From NCBI RefSeq assembly GCF_046119375.1, contig NW_027362764.1, positions 802,590,001-802,654,000 on the forward strand: a DNA stretch of 64,000 bases, given 5' to 3'. The translations under genes were made by a program, and so were the position numbers. Shown here one piece after another: positions 35,495-48,292 of the stretch. The stretch comes from Phyllobates terribilis (lineage: Eukaryota). The number at the start of each line of letters is the position of its first letter. Position 1 is the stretch's first letter. The notes under the pieces were generated by a model. That model did no database searches. It was not told the DNA's origin and worked only from the letters and a program-made list of their open reading frames with translations.

Positions 35495-37300
35495 AACTAC
35501 CGAGGACCAGCTGACGGTACTGGAACCCGGATGGATAGCAGAAGGTACAAGAGCCAATGGAACTACCGAGGACCAGCTGATGTTACTGGAACTCGGTTAC
35601 TAAGCAGGAGGTACCTGTGCCAGAAAGCACTACCAAGGACCAGCAGACGTTGGTGGAACTTGGATACCGAGAAGGAGGCACCTAATCCAAAGGCACTGCC
35701 GAGAACCAGCTGACGGTACTGGAACCCGGATGGGTAGCAGAAGGTACCCATGTAAAAAAAAAGTTCAAGGCCGCGAGCCGGCCGCAGTTACCAAAACCCA
35801 CAGTCCTACAGAGGGTGCTTGTCCTATTGGCACTATGGAACCAGCCTTCATTGCCAGATCCCGCAGCCCACATAGGAGTCACCTAAACTGCAGGCACCAT
35901 AGAGTCGGCTAACCCGACCGCAACACGACAGGACAACGCATTGGAGGCAAAGTGACGTTGACACTACCCGGAAACAGCTGGCGTGCTGGAACCAGGCTGG
36001 GCAGGAGGGAGTACCCGTGCCAAAGACACTGCCGAGAACCAGCTGACGGTACTGGAACCCGGATGGGTAGCAGAAGATACAAGAGCAAATGGAACTACCG
36101 AGGACCAGCTGACGGTACTGGAACCCGGATGGGTAGCAGAAGGTACAAGAGCCAATGGAACTACCGAGGACCAGCTGATGTTACTGGAACTCGGTTACTA
36201 AGCAGGAGGTACCTGTGCCAGAAAGCACTACCAAGGACCAGCAGACGTTGGTGGAACTTGGATACCGAGAAGGAGGCACCTAATCCAAAGGCACTGCCGA
36301 GAACCAGCTGACGGTACTGGAACCCGGATGGGTAGCAGAAGGTACCCATGTAAAAAAAAAGTTCAAGGCCGCGAGCCGGCCGCAGTTACCAAAACCCACA
36401 GTCCTACAGAGGGTGCTTGTCCTATTGGCACTATGGAACCAGCCTTCATTGCCAGATCCCGCAGCCCACATAGGAGTCACCTAAACTGCAGGCACCATAG
36501 AGTCGGCTAACCCGACCGCAACACGACAGGACAACGCATTGGAGGCAAAGTGACGTTGACACTACCCGGAAACAGCTGGCGTGCTGGAACCAGGCTGGGC
36601 AGGAGGGAGTACCCGTGCCAAAGACACTGCCGAGAACCAGCTGACGGTACTGGAACCCGGATGGGTAGCAGAAGATACAAGAGCAAATGGAACTACCGAG
36701 GACCAGCTGACGGTACTGGAACCCGGATGGGTAGCAGAAGGTACAAGAGCCAATGGAACTACCGAGGACCAGCTGATGTTACTGGAACTCGGTTACTAAG
36801 CAGGAGGTACCTGTGCCAGAAAGCACTACCAAGGACCAGCAGACGTTGGTGGAACTTGGATACCGAGAAGGAGGCACCTAATCCAAAGGCACTGCCGAGA
36901 ACCAGCTGACGGTACTGGAACCCGGATGGGTAGCAGAAGGTACCCATGTAAAAAAAAAGTTCAAGGCCGCGAGCCGGCCGCAGTTACCAAAACCCACAGT
37001 CCTACAGAGGGTGCTTGTCCTATTGGCACTATGGAACCAGCCTTCATTGCCAGATCCCGCAGCCCACATAGGAGTCACCTAAACTGCAGGCACCATAGAG
37101 TCGGCTAACCCGACCGCAACACGACAGGACAACGCATTGGAGGCAAAGTGACGTTGACACTACCCGGAAACAGCTGGCGTGCTGGAACCAGGCTGGGCAG
37201 GAGGGAGTACCCGTGCCAAAGACACTGCCGAGAACCAGCTGACGGTACTGGAACCCGGATGGGTAGCAGAAGGTACAAGAGCCAATGGAACTGCCGAGAA
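35495..37300. repeat. 598-bp tandem repeat, ~3 units with ~60-bp subrepeats
   Basis: Identical ORFs at 35952, 36550 and 37148. Confidence 0.92.
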
Positions 37301-40300
37301 CCAGCTGGCGGTGCTGGAGCCCAGGGTAAATACTAAAAACAGAAGAGCCAGAGGTGTATTTGGAGGAGGTTTTAAATCCGTACTACAGTGGATGTGGACA
37401 AAGCAGGAGAATTTGCCGGACACACAGCTGGGGATCAGCTGACGTTACTGAATCCCAATAACACTGGAGCAAGCGTTGACTGTGCAGACGGCACTTCTGA
37501 GCAGCAACTAGCGGTATTGGAGCCCAGGGTAAATACTAAAAACGGAGGAGCCAGAGGTGTAATTGGAGCAAGTTTTAAATAAGTAGCACAGTGAATATGG
37601 ACAGAGCAGGAGAAATTGCCGTGAACACAGCAGGGGAACAGCTGACGTTACCGAACCCCAATAACACCGCAGCAAGTGTTGACTGTGCAGACGGCACTTC
37701 TGAGCAGCAACTAGCGGTATTGGAGCCCAGGGTAAATACTAAAAACGGAGGAGCCAGAGGTGTAATTGGAGCAAGTTTTAAATAAGTAGCACAGTGAATA
37801 TGGACAGAGCAGGAGAAATTGCCGTGAACACAGCAGGGGAACAGCTGACGTTACCGAACCCCAATAACACCGCAGCAAGTGTTGACTGTGCAGACGGCAC
37901 TTCCGAGCGCCAACTGGCGGTGCTGGAGCCCAGGGATAAGAATGAAAACAGAGGAGCCAGAGGTGTAATTCGAGCAACTTTAAAATCTGTAGTAGTGAGA
38001 ATGTGGACAGAGCAGGAGACATTGCCGTCCGCACAGCAGGGGAACAGCTGACGTTACTGAACCCCAATAACACGGCAGCAAGTGTTGACTGTGCAGACAG
38101 CACTTCCGAGCGCCAACTGGCGGTGTTGGAGCCCAGGGTAAATACTAAAAACGGAGGAGCCAGAGGTGTAATTGGAGCAAGTTTTAAATAAGTAGCACAG
38201 TGAATATGGACAGAGCAGGAGAAATTGCCGTGAACACAGCAGGGGAACAGCTGACGTTACTGAACCCCAATAACATGGTAGCAAGTGTTGACTGTGCAGA
38301 CGGCACTTCCGAGCGCCAACTGGCGGTGCTGGAGCCCAGGGATAAGAATGAAAACAGAGGAGCCAGAGGTGTAATTCGAGCAACTTTAAAATCTGTAGTA
38401 GTGAGAATGTGGACAGAGCAGGAGAAATTGCCGTCCGCACAGCAGGGGAACAGCTGACGTTACTGAACCCCAATAACACGGCAGCAAGTGTTGACTGTGC
38501 AGACACACTTCCGAGCGCCAACTGGCGGTGTTGGAGCCCAGGGTAAATACTAAAAACGGAGGAGCCAGAGGTGTAATTGGAGCAAGTTTTAAATAAGTAG
38601 CACAGTGAATATGGACAGAGCAGGAGAAATTGCCGTGAACACAGCAGGGGAACAGCTGACGTTACTGAACCCCAATAACATGGTAGCAAGTGTTGACTGT
38701 GCAGACGGCACTTCCGAGCGCCAACTGGCGGTGCTGGAGCCCAGGGATAAGAATGAAAACAGAGGAGCCAGAGGTGTAATTCGAGCAACTTTAAAATGTG
38801 TAGTACAGTGGATGTGGACAAAGCAGGAGAAATTGCCGTCCGCACAGCAGGAGAACAGCTGACGTTACTGAACCCCAATAACACGGCAGCAAGTGTTGAC
38901 TGTGCAGACGGCACTTCCGTGCGCCAACTGGCGGTGTTGGAGCTCAGGGATAATACTGAAAACAGAGGAGCCAGAGGTGTAATTGGAGCAACTTTAAAAT
39001 CTGTAGTAGTGAGAATGTGGACAGAGCAGGAGAAATTGCCGTCCGCACAGCAGGGGAACAGCTGACGTTACTGAACCCCAATAACATGGTAGCAAGTGTT
39101 GACTGTGCAGACAGCACTTCCGAGCGCCAACTGGCGGTGCTGGAGCCCAGGGATAAGAATGAAAACAGAGGAGCCAGAGGAGTAATTGGAGCAACTTTAA
39201 AATGTGTAGTACAGTGGATGTGGACAAATCAGGAGAAATTGCCGTCCGCACAGCAGGAGAACAGCTGACGTTACTGAACCCCAATAACACGGCAGCAAGT
39301 GTTGACTGTGCAGACGGCACTTCCGAGCGCCAACTGGCGGTGCTGGAGCCCAGGGATAAGAATGAAAACAGAGGAGCCAGAGGTGTAATTGGAGCAACTT
39401 TAAAATCTGTAGTAGTGAGAATGTGGACAGAGCAGGAGAAATTGCCGTCCGCACAGCAGGGGAACAGCTGACGTTACTGAACCCCAATAACACGGCAGCA
39501 AGTGTTGACTGTGCAGACAGCACTTCCGAGCGCCAACTGGCGGTGTTGGAGCCCAGGGTAAATACTAAAAACGGAGGAGCCAGAGGTGTAATTGGAGCAA
39601 GTTTTAAATAAGTAGCACAGTGAATATGGACAGAGCAGGAGAAATTGCCGTGAACACAGCAGGGGAACAGCTGACGTTACTGAACCCCAATAACATGGTA
39701 GCAAGTGTTGACTGTGCAGACGGCACTTCCGAGCGCCAACTGGCGGTGCTGGAGCCCAGGGATAAGAATGAAAACAGAGGAGCCAGAGGTGTAATTCGAG
39801 CAACTTTAAAATGTGTAGTACAGTGGATGTGGACAAAGCAGGAGAAATTGCCGTCCGCACAGCAGGAGAACAGCTGACGTTACTGAACCCCAATAACACG
39901 GCAGCAAGTGTTGACTGTGCAGACGGCACTTCCGAGCGCCAACTGGCGGTGCTGGAGCCCAGGGATAAGAATGAAAACAGAGGAGCCAGAGGTGTAATTC
40001 GAGCAACTTTAAAATGTGTAGTAGTGAGAATGTGGACAGAGCAGGAGAAATTGCCGTCCGCACAGCAGGGGAACAGCTGACGTTACTGAACCCCAATAAC
40101 ATGGTAGCAAGTGTTGACTGTGCAGACAGCACTTCCGAGCGCCAACTGGCGGTGCTGGAGCCCAGGGATAAGAATGAAAACAGAGGAGCCAGAGGAGTAA
40201 TTGGAGCAACTTTAAAATGTGTAGTACAGTGGATGTGGACAAATCAGGAGAAATTGCCGTCCGCACAGCAGGAGAACAGCTGACGTTACTGAACCCCAAT

Positions 40301-40372
40301 AACACGGCAGCAAGTGTTGACTGTGCAGACGGCACTTCCGAGCGCCAACTGGCGGTGTTGGAGCTCAGGGAT
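37300..40372. repeat. ~203-bp tandem repeat, ~15 units
   Basis: ORF period 203; variant unit types recur in blocks. Confidence 0.93.
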
Positions 40373-40436
40373 TACAGTTCAGGTGGTAGAAACATGAACA
40401 GAACAGGAGACCTGGATACTGTTGCCAACCAATTAT

Positions 40437-43400
40437 TTATTCTGGAAGAGGACTGGCAAATTCATGAGAGATCCAGGCCTTGTTCATTTTGAGAAAAGTA
40501 AGCCGGTCAACGTTATCGGAGGATAGTCGCATGCGACGGTCTGTTAGTACACCACCTGCGGCACTAAAGACGCGTTCCGATAATACACTAGCAGCAGGGC
40601 AAGCTAGCACCTCCAGTGCATACTGACTAAGCTCTGGCCATGTATCCAGCTTACAGACCCAAAACTTGAAGGGAGAAGAGCCGTCTGGGAGTACACTAAG
40701 AGGGCAAGACATGTAGTCTGTCACCATCTGACGGAAACGTTGCCTCCTGCTGACTGGAGCTGTCTGTGATGGTGTAGACATTTGTGGCGGCGGGGACACA
40801 AAACTTTGCCACATTTCGGCCATACTGGTCTTGCCTTGTGCTGAGGTGCTGCTTCTGCTCCCTCTTTGTGCAGAGCTTCCTCCACTGCCTCGACGCACTG
40901 AGCTGCTTTGTAAAGCACTAGCAGCACTGCTCTCGGTTGGAATGGAGAACATGATGGAATGCACCAGTGCGTCTTGGTACTCCCGCATTTTACGCTCCCG
41001 GTTCAATGGTGTTATGAGGCTTTGTAAGTTGTCCCGGTAGCGAGGATCTAGGAGGGTGGACACCCAATAATCAGCCGTGTTGAGAATGTGGGCGATGCGG
41101 CGGTCGTTTCTGAGGCACTGCAGCATGAAATCAACCATGTGCTGCAGACTGCCAACTGGCCAAGAAACGCTGTCCCCTGCTTGAGGCGTGATCTCTGCCT
41201 GCTCTGCATCACCCCACCCTCGCTCTAGATACTGACTACTAGAGCATTGTGTACCTCCCTCCTCTGGACAGATGTCTTCCTCATCCATTGACTCCTCCTC
41301 ATCCTCCTCACAAAGTGTCCCCTGCCTAGGCCTTTGTGAGGAACCACGTTGCGCAGACTGTAGAGAAGCAGATGGCATTTGTGACTCCTCATCCTCCACC
41401 TCTTCCAAAACCTCGTCCCTTAGTGCTTGCAGTGTTTTTTCAAGCAGGCAGATAAGGGGGATAGTCATGCTGACTAGTGCATCATCTGCACTCGCCATCC
41501 GCGTGGAATAATCGAAGGCACGCAAAACGTGGCAAATGTCCTTCATAGAGGCCCACTCAGTGGTGGTGAAGTGTGAACGGCGCGCACTGCGACTTGTTTG
41601 CGCCTGCTGCAGCTGGTACTCCATTACTGCTGCCTGCTGCTCACACAACCTCTCCAACATATGTAACGTTGAATTCCACCTGGTGGGTAGGTCACATATG
41701 ATGCGATGTTCCGGAAGACATAATCGGCGCTGCAGAGCTGCAATGTGTGATCTTGCATTGCTGGAACGCCGCAAGTGAGCGCACTCTATGCGGACCTTGT
41801 GAAGCAGTGCATCAAGATCCGGATAGTCCCTCAAAAAACTCTGCACGACCAAGTTGAGCACATGTGCCAGACATGGGATGTGAGTGAGGTTGCCTAGGCC
41901 CAGAGCTGCCACCAGATTTCGGCCATTGTCACACACTACCATGCCTGGCTGGAGATTCGCTGGCACAAACCACACGTCACTCTGCTGCTTGATGGCATTC
42001 CAGAGCTCCTGCGCTGTGTGGCTTCGATTCCCCAAAGAAATTAATTTTAATACGGCCTGTTGACGTTTGGCCACGGCTGTGCTCATATCGGTCATCATAA
42101 CAGGTAACCGTTCACGGGTCGATGTGGAGGTAGACCGTGACGGCTCCTGCAGCGCTGATTCAGAGGAACTGGAGTATGAGGAGGAGTCAATGTGTACAGA
42201 CTGGATTCCTGCAATCCTTGGAGTTGGCAGAACACGTACAGCGCCACTCTCAAGATCTGTACCCGGCTCCACAACATTTACCCAATGGGCAGTGAGGGAA
42301 AGGTATCGTCCCTGTCCATGCTTACTGGTCCACGCATCAGTGGTCAGGTGGACCTTGCTACTGACGGCGTTTTGTAGCGCATGTTTAATTTTTCCCTCCA
42401 CATGATGTTGCAGGGCAGGGACGGCTTGCCTGCTGAAATAAAAGCGGCTGGGCACGTTGTATTGTGGGACTGCCAATGCCATAAAGTTACGGAATGTGTC
42501 AGTCTCCACCAGCCTGAATGATAGCATTTCAAGGGCCAGTAGTTTAGCAATGCCAGCATTCAGAGCCTGTGCTCGGGGGTGGTTTGCCGAGTATGGGCGC
42601 CTTTTCTCCCATGCCTGTGCTAACGATGGCTGTAGACTGGCCTGGGAGTGTGAGGATGACTGGGAAAGTGGTGCTGTGGGTGGAATTACACTGTGTCTCT
42701 GTACAACAGTGCCAGAGATTCTTCCATGGCGATCCTGTGAGGAAGCCGAACCAGCTGTGTGTGAGCTGGAGGAAGAGGCTACAACACGAGCTGAAGAGGT
42801 GGTAGGTGGCGCTGTAGGTTGGCCTAGGTCTTCAGTGTGTTTGTGTAACTCCACCACGTGCTTGGTCCGCACATGTTTCCACATATTTGTGGTATTGAGG
42901 TTGCTGACACTTTTCCCTCTTTTCACCTTCTGATTACACAGCTTGCATTTGACAAAGCAAATGTCATCTGCAACTGTGTCAAAAAAGGACCAGGCACTGC
43001 AAGTCTTGGGAGCGCCCGCTTTGGATTTTGGAAGAGCCATGCTCCTAATGGGTGCCGAAGTGGAGGCTACAGGCAACCAAGTCTGCCCCCTCCCTCTCCC
43101 TCCTTTTTGGGCCGTTCGGGGAATCTCTTCCTCAGAGCTGCTCCCACCACCTTCCTGTCCCTCACGCCATGATGGGTCAAGGACCTCATCATCTACACCA
43201 CCCTCTTCAAACAACTGCTTCTCCTGGGTAGTCTCGACAGCACAGTACGCACCAGAAAGTGGCACCTGAGTCTCATCATCAGATGCGTACTGAGGTGTGC
43301 TGCTGACCATAGGCACTGGCCCACCCGCCTCTTCAGATTCAGAGAGACAAAACGGTTGCGCATCACTGCATACTACCTCTTCTTCAAATTCTCGAATTCT

Positions 43401-43829
43401 GCTTGGCTGGCCCCCTCTTTCCAAGCCAAGAGATTCAGAGAACAGAAGTAGAGATGGCTCCTGTCCAGGGCTCTCTGACTGCCTGGGCAATTTGGCAGGT
43501 GGTGAAGAGACAGATGGGTGCTCTTCAGTGCTCAGGACCTGAGAGGATCTGGAACTAATTGAAGTCGATGCGTTAGCTGCCATCCATCCGACAACGGCTT
43601 CAATTTGGTCCTCGCGCAGCAGTGGGGTACGGCTAGCTCCTACAAAGCTGCGCATAAAGGACTGTTCCCTGGTAAAACTGGGGGATGCTGAGTCACTGGT
43701 GCCCGCAGCAGGCACAGAATCCCCACGTCCTCTCCCTGCAGGCACAGAATCCTCACGTCCTCTCCCTGTAGAAACTCCACGCCCACGCCCACGACCACGA
43801 CCACATGCCTTACTCCCTGCCTTCTTCAT
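40437..43829 (-). CDS. hAT transposase, intact 1130 aa
   Basis: BED finger (WSFF..CKLC..H..H), TTDAW, CDNG, CLAH, TRWNS, SERVFS and C-terminal dimerisation domain; no stops or introns. Confidence 0.95.
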   Translation of the reverse strand: MKKAGSKACGRGRGRGRGVSTGRGREDSVPAGRGRGDSVPAAGTSDSASPSFTREQSFMRSFVGASRTPLLREDQIEAVVGWMAANASTSISSRSSQVLSTEEHPSVSSPPAKLPRQSESPGQEPSLLLFSESLGLERGGQPSRIREFEEEVVCSDAQPFCLSESEEAGGPVPMVSSTPQYASDDETQVPLSGAYCAVETTQEKQLFEEGGVDDEVLDPSWREGQEGGGSSSEEEIPRTAQKGGRGRGQTWLPVASTSAPIRSMALPKSKAGAPKTCSAWSFFDTVADDICFVKCKLCNQKVKRGKSVSNLNTTNMWKHVRTKHVVELHKHTEDLGQPTAPPTTSSARVVASSSSSHTAGSASSQDRHGRISGTVVQRHSVIPPTAPLSQSSSHSQASLQPSLAQAWEKRRPYSANHPRAQALNAGIAKLLALEMLSFRLVETDTFRNFMALAVPQYNVPSRFYFSRQAVPALQHHVEGKIKHALQNAVSSKVHLTTDAWTSKHGQGRYLSLTAHWVNVVEPGTDLESGAVRVLPTPRIAGIQSVHIDSSSYSSSSESALQEPSRSTSTSTRERLPVMMTDMSTAVAKRQQAVLKLISLGNRSHTAQELWNAIKQQSDVWFVPANLQPGMVVCDNGRNLVAALGLGNLTHIPCLAHVLNLVVQSFLRDYPDLDALLHKVRIECAHLRRSSNARSHIAALQRRLCLPEHRIICDLPTRWNSTLHMLERLCEQQAAVMEYQLQQAQTSRSARRSHFTTTEWASMKDICHVLRAFDYSTRMASADDALVSMTIPLICLLEKTLQALRDEVLEEVEDEESQMPSASLQSAQRGSSQRPRQGTLCEEDEEESMDEEDICPEEGGTQCSSSQYLERGWGDAEQAEITPQAGDSVSWPVGSLQHMVDFMLQCLRNDRRIAHILNTADYWVSTLLDPRYRDNLQSLITPLNRERKMREYQDALVHSIMFSIPTESSAASALQSSSVRRGSGGSSAQRGSRSSTSAQGKTSMAEMWQSFVSPPPQMSTPSQTAPVSRRQRFRQMVTDYMSCPLSVLPDGSSPFKFWVCKLDTWPELSQYALEVLACPAASVLSERVFSAAGGVLTDRRMRLSSDNVDRLTFLKMNKAWISHEFASPLPE

Positions 43830-44184
43830 CTTGGTAGACTGATAAAGATAGGCAGAAAAGTACTAAGGGCTTAGTGTGCTTATTCCTGAACAGCTGCTAA
43901 CAGGTATAAGAAACACTAATTTTATAAAGTGTGGACTAGACTTTAATATGAGCTAATGTGGCCTACACAACTGTAAAGTGGAGTGTTTGGTGAACTTTAT
44001 TTAGGTTTTTTTTGTCACAAAAAGACACTGGATGTGCCTAAAGATGTAATAACGATAGTATCACAAACTTTTTGTAGCTATTACAATGTAGGAAGGTAAC
44101 CTACAATGCAATAGATGAGGCTGCAAAAAATAGGCTAATACTAATCTGGCTGGGGCTGCAGGGCCCAATGCTGCAGAAAGGCTC

Positions 44185-44724
44185 CTCTATCTACTCCTAT
44201 ATAGTGTGTTTGGAATCAATTTAGCTGAATATGGATGGAACCACCACACTAATAGGAGATATCAGGAAAAATTATGAATTGGCAATAAAGGACAATGTAT
44301 GAGGCAGTGACACACACTGAGTGCACTACAACCAGACGGGGTTGAAGCACACACTACAGGGTGAGCTGCACTCACACACCAGACCTTGCAGACAGCGGTG
44401 AACAGTACAGATGCAGAGCACTGTGCACTAGTGCTGCAAGACGGAAAAAAATTTCTCTATCTACTCCTATATAGTGTGTTTGGAACCAATTTAGCTGAAT
44501 ACAGATGGAACCACCACACTAATAGGAGATATCAGGAAAAATTATGAATTGGCAAAAAAGGACAATGTATGAGGCAGTGACACACACTGAGTGCACTACA
44601 ACCAGACTTGGCTGAAGCACACACTACAGGGTGAGCTGCACTCACACACACAGACCTTGCAGATAGCGGTGAACAGCACAGGGAACTGTGCACTAGCACT
44701 GCAAGGCACAGTGATTTAGAAAGT
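44185..44724. repeat. 270-bp tandem duplication upstream of the transposase
   Basis: CTCTATCTACTCC block at 44185 and 44455; single copy in hAT copy 1. Confidence 0.85.
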
Positions 44725-45542
44725 AGCTTGGGTAAAGCAGTATAGAGCAAATAGGTAGCTAAAACTGTCCCTCAGAACAACAGCGTCCTATCCCTAACTG
44801 AATTCACAGCAGAGTGAGCTCAAAATGGCGGCGGTGGCTTTTATAGTGCATCATGACATCATTTCAGCAGCCAATCACAGCCATGCCATTAGTTAAGATG
44901 CCTACATGCCTAACAGGATGTGCCCACACTTCTTAGGATCCTCATTGGCTGAATAAAATGAAAATGTCTCATTGCATTATGGGAACTTCCGATTCCGGTA
45001 TACGATATTGCAATAGTATCGGAATTAAGTATCGGAATTCCGATACCGCGAATATCGGCCGATACCCGATATTTCAGTATCGGAATGCTCAACACTAATA
45101 ATTACACATCAGAACAAACAGTCGCACGATTCTGGTAAATCGTGAAAGAGCAGCAATATCAGCAGAGAAGGAATGATCTGAACTTACTCTGAAATTACAC
45201 CTCATCCTTTAACCCCCTCCTGCAGTAGTTACATTTTTCCTTTTTCTATGTATTTCATCACCTTCATCATCCAAGTGTTGTGATCAGCGGATCAGTAAGA
45301 TTCCAGTTTAGCAGGAAATTTGATTTGTCTTTGTCCCTGGGAGGTCGTGACGACAAGTCATGTGGGAAAAGTCCTGCAACAAAGGGCATCACCAGCCTCT
45401 CATGTGCAGCCCCTCCCCCGCAAGCCAGATCTTCCATCTGACTGGTAACTGACTCTTAAGTTCTGCTTATATCTTTTGTACCACTACTGTTGTGTTTGCA
45501 TCTCTGACCATTATGTATGACCCTTATGTATATAGTGTAATG

Positions 45543-45725
45543 CAGTGTTTCCCAAACTCCAGTCCTCACGGCCCCCACAGATCATGTTTTCAGGATCTCC
45601 TTAGTATTACACAGGTGAGAGAATTCCTGATGCCTTGATAGTATTTCCATCACATGTGTAATACTAAGAAAATCCTGAAAACATGACCTGTGGGGGCCGG
45701 GAGGTCTGGAGTTTGGGAAACACTG
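45543..45725. mobile_element. hAT MITE (183 bp, fold-back)
   Basis: CAGTGTTTCCCAAACTCCAG TIRs; perfect 8-bp TSD GTGTAATG. Confidence 0.93.
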
Positions 45726-45986
45726 GTGTAATGTCTAGTGTGCCCATAAGGGGATTAAATATATAATTTAACCTTGAGCCGCTCTATTATCTCGATCCAC
45801 GAACCCACATGTCTGTTGTTTGGCCTAATCCTCATGCTACCGTGGAGGGTTTCTGGCCCGATATAATTCCTGTTAACGGACCGGGGACTTATATCTAATA
45901 GAAACTGGTGGCAGCTCTACCAGGCCGACAAGGTTCTACTTCACTGGAGTTAGTGAAGGGGCCTCTCAGCCTTTCAGGGGTGTGAA

Positions 45987-46931
45987 CAGGGGCGGAATTA
46001 ACCGCCCATGCAGCCCGTTCATTGAACGGGGGCCCCGAGGGAGAGGGGGCCCCTTCAGCCTCCGGCAGGGCCGCCATCAGGGCATGACTACCCTGACTCC
46101 AGTATGGGGCCCCTAAAGTCGGGGCCCCTTCGGAGCCCCATTAAGGCCCCCCTCTTGTGCGTCTCCTCATGGGGCCCCCGGCCCCATGTTGAGCGTTAAG
46201 CTCCGGGACATCTCAGCGCTGCTTTCCTCTGCGGCAGCACCTTCATGATTACCCTGACTTCCGGTCATGTGACGGGGTGAGATGCATATGGGGGGGTGAG
46301 AGATGCACGGGGGGGTGAGATGCACATGGGGGGGTGTGAGATGCACGGGGGTGTGAGATGCACATGGGGGGTGAGAGATGCACATGGGCGGATGAGAGAT
46401 GCACGGGGGGGGGATGAGAGATGCACATGGGCGGATGAGAGCTGCACGGGGGGGGATGAGAGATGCACAGGGGGGGATGAGAGCTGCACATGGGCGGATG
46501 AGAGCTGCACATGGGGGGATGAGAGATGCACGGGGGGGGGATGAGAGATGCACATGGGGGGGTGAGAGATGCACATGGGAGGATGAGAGATGCACATGGG
46601 GGGGGATGAGAGGTGCACATGGGGGGGATGAGAGATGCACATGGGGGGGGTGAGAGATGCACATGGGGGGGGTGAGAGATGCACATGGGGGGATGAGAGA
46701 TGCACATGGGCGGATGAGAGCTGCACATGGGCGGATGAGAGCTGCACATGGGGGGTGAGAGATGCACATGGGGGGGATGAGAGCTGCACATGGGGGGGAT
46801 GAGAGATGCACATGGGGGGATGAGAGATGCACATGGGGGGGATGAGAGATGCACATGCATTTTTTGCCCTATGAAGTGTGGGGGCAAAAATTTCTTGCAC
46901 AGGGGCCCACTACAGTCTGTGTCCGCCCCTG
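45987..46931. mobile_element. Non-autonomous hAT-type element containing a G-rich ~20-bp minisatellite (46270-46855)
   Basis: CAGGGGCGGA...TCCGCCCCTG; TSD GGTGTGAA/GGTGTGAG. Confidence 0.8.
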
Positions 46932-47214
46932 GGTGTGAGCGAGTGTGGTGCGATGTCAATGACTGAGTGGGCCACGTGGTCTCACTCCTGGTGCCTTCCT
47001 GTATCCGTGTGGAAAGGGGGTGTCTGTATAGAATTGTACCAATCTGATCTTACGCATCCTCGAGGGGGTGCGGAACGTCACATTGGTGCAAACGGCAGAT
47101 TCATATCACATGTTCCATCTTACGTAACTGCGACGTCGGGTGGGTGGCGAGGTGTGGATCCTTCACAAGTGGTGGCAGCGGTGGGATTCTGCGGGATCTC
47201 TCTGCTGCCATTCT

Positions 47215-48130
47215 TCACAGGGTGCATTATATTAAATGGAGGGCTATGGGGGTTGCATTATATTGTATGGAGGGCTATGGGGGGTGCATTATACTGTATG
47301 GAGGACTATGGGGAAGCATTATACTACATGGAGGACTATGGGGGGTGCATTATACTGTATGGAGGACTATGGGGAGCGCATTATACTATATGGAGGACTA
47401 TGAGGAGTGCATTATACTATATGGAGGGCTATGGGGAAGCATTATACTACATGGAGGGCTATGGGGAGCGCATTATACTATATGGAGGGCTATGGGGAGC
47501 GCGTTATACTATATGGAGGACTATGGGGAGCGCATTATACTATATGGAGGGCTATGGGGAGCGCATTATACTATATGGAGGGCTATGGGGAGCGCGTTAT
47601 ACTATATGGAGGACTATGGGGAGTGCATTATACTATATGGAGGACTATGGGGAGCGCATTATACTATATGGAGGACTATGGGGAGCGCATTATACTATAT
47701 GGAGGGCTATGGGGGGTGCATTATACTGTATGGAGGACTATGGGGAGCGCATTATACTATATGGAGGACTATGGGGAGCGCATTATACTATATGGAGGGC
47801 TATGGGGGGTGCATTATACTGTATGGAGGACTATGGGGAGCGCATTATACTACATGGAGGGCTATGGGGAGCGCATTATACTATATGGAGGGCTATGGGG
47901 AGTGCATTATACTATATGGAGGACTATGGGGAGCGCATTATACTATATGGAGGACTATGGGGAGCGCATTATACTATATGGAGGACTATGGGGAAGCATT
48001 ATACTATATGGAGGACTATGGGGAGTGCATTGTATTGTACAGAGGACCATGGCAGTACATTATACTGTATGGGAGACCATGGGGTGTACATTATACTATA
48101 TGCAAGGCTATATGGGGCCATTATACTGTA
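47215..48130. repeat. 31-bp minisatellite (shorter copy at ~50700-51070)
   Basis: Unit GGAGGACTATGGGGAGCGCATTATACTATAT. Confidence 0.92.
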
Positions 48131-48292
48131 TGCAAACAATTATACAGTGTGACGGTCTGTCTGTGGTCTATTATTTTGTGTGGCTAGTGCGGGCCATTAT
48201 ACAGTGTTGGGTCATTATATTGTATGTAGGTCCATTCTACTGCATGGATGGTTGTAAGGGCTGTTGGGGGAGGGGGTACAGTAGGGTCATTA

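Larger units (their letters stand above)
34232..45097 (-). mobile_element. Full-length hAT transposon (10,866 bp)
   Basis: 11-bp TIR TAGTGTTGAGC; perfect 8-bp TSD ATAATTAC (34224-34231 and 45098-45105); CCGATA subterminal repeats at both ends. Confidence 0.96.
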
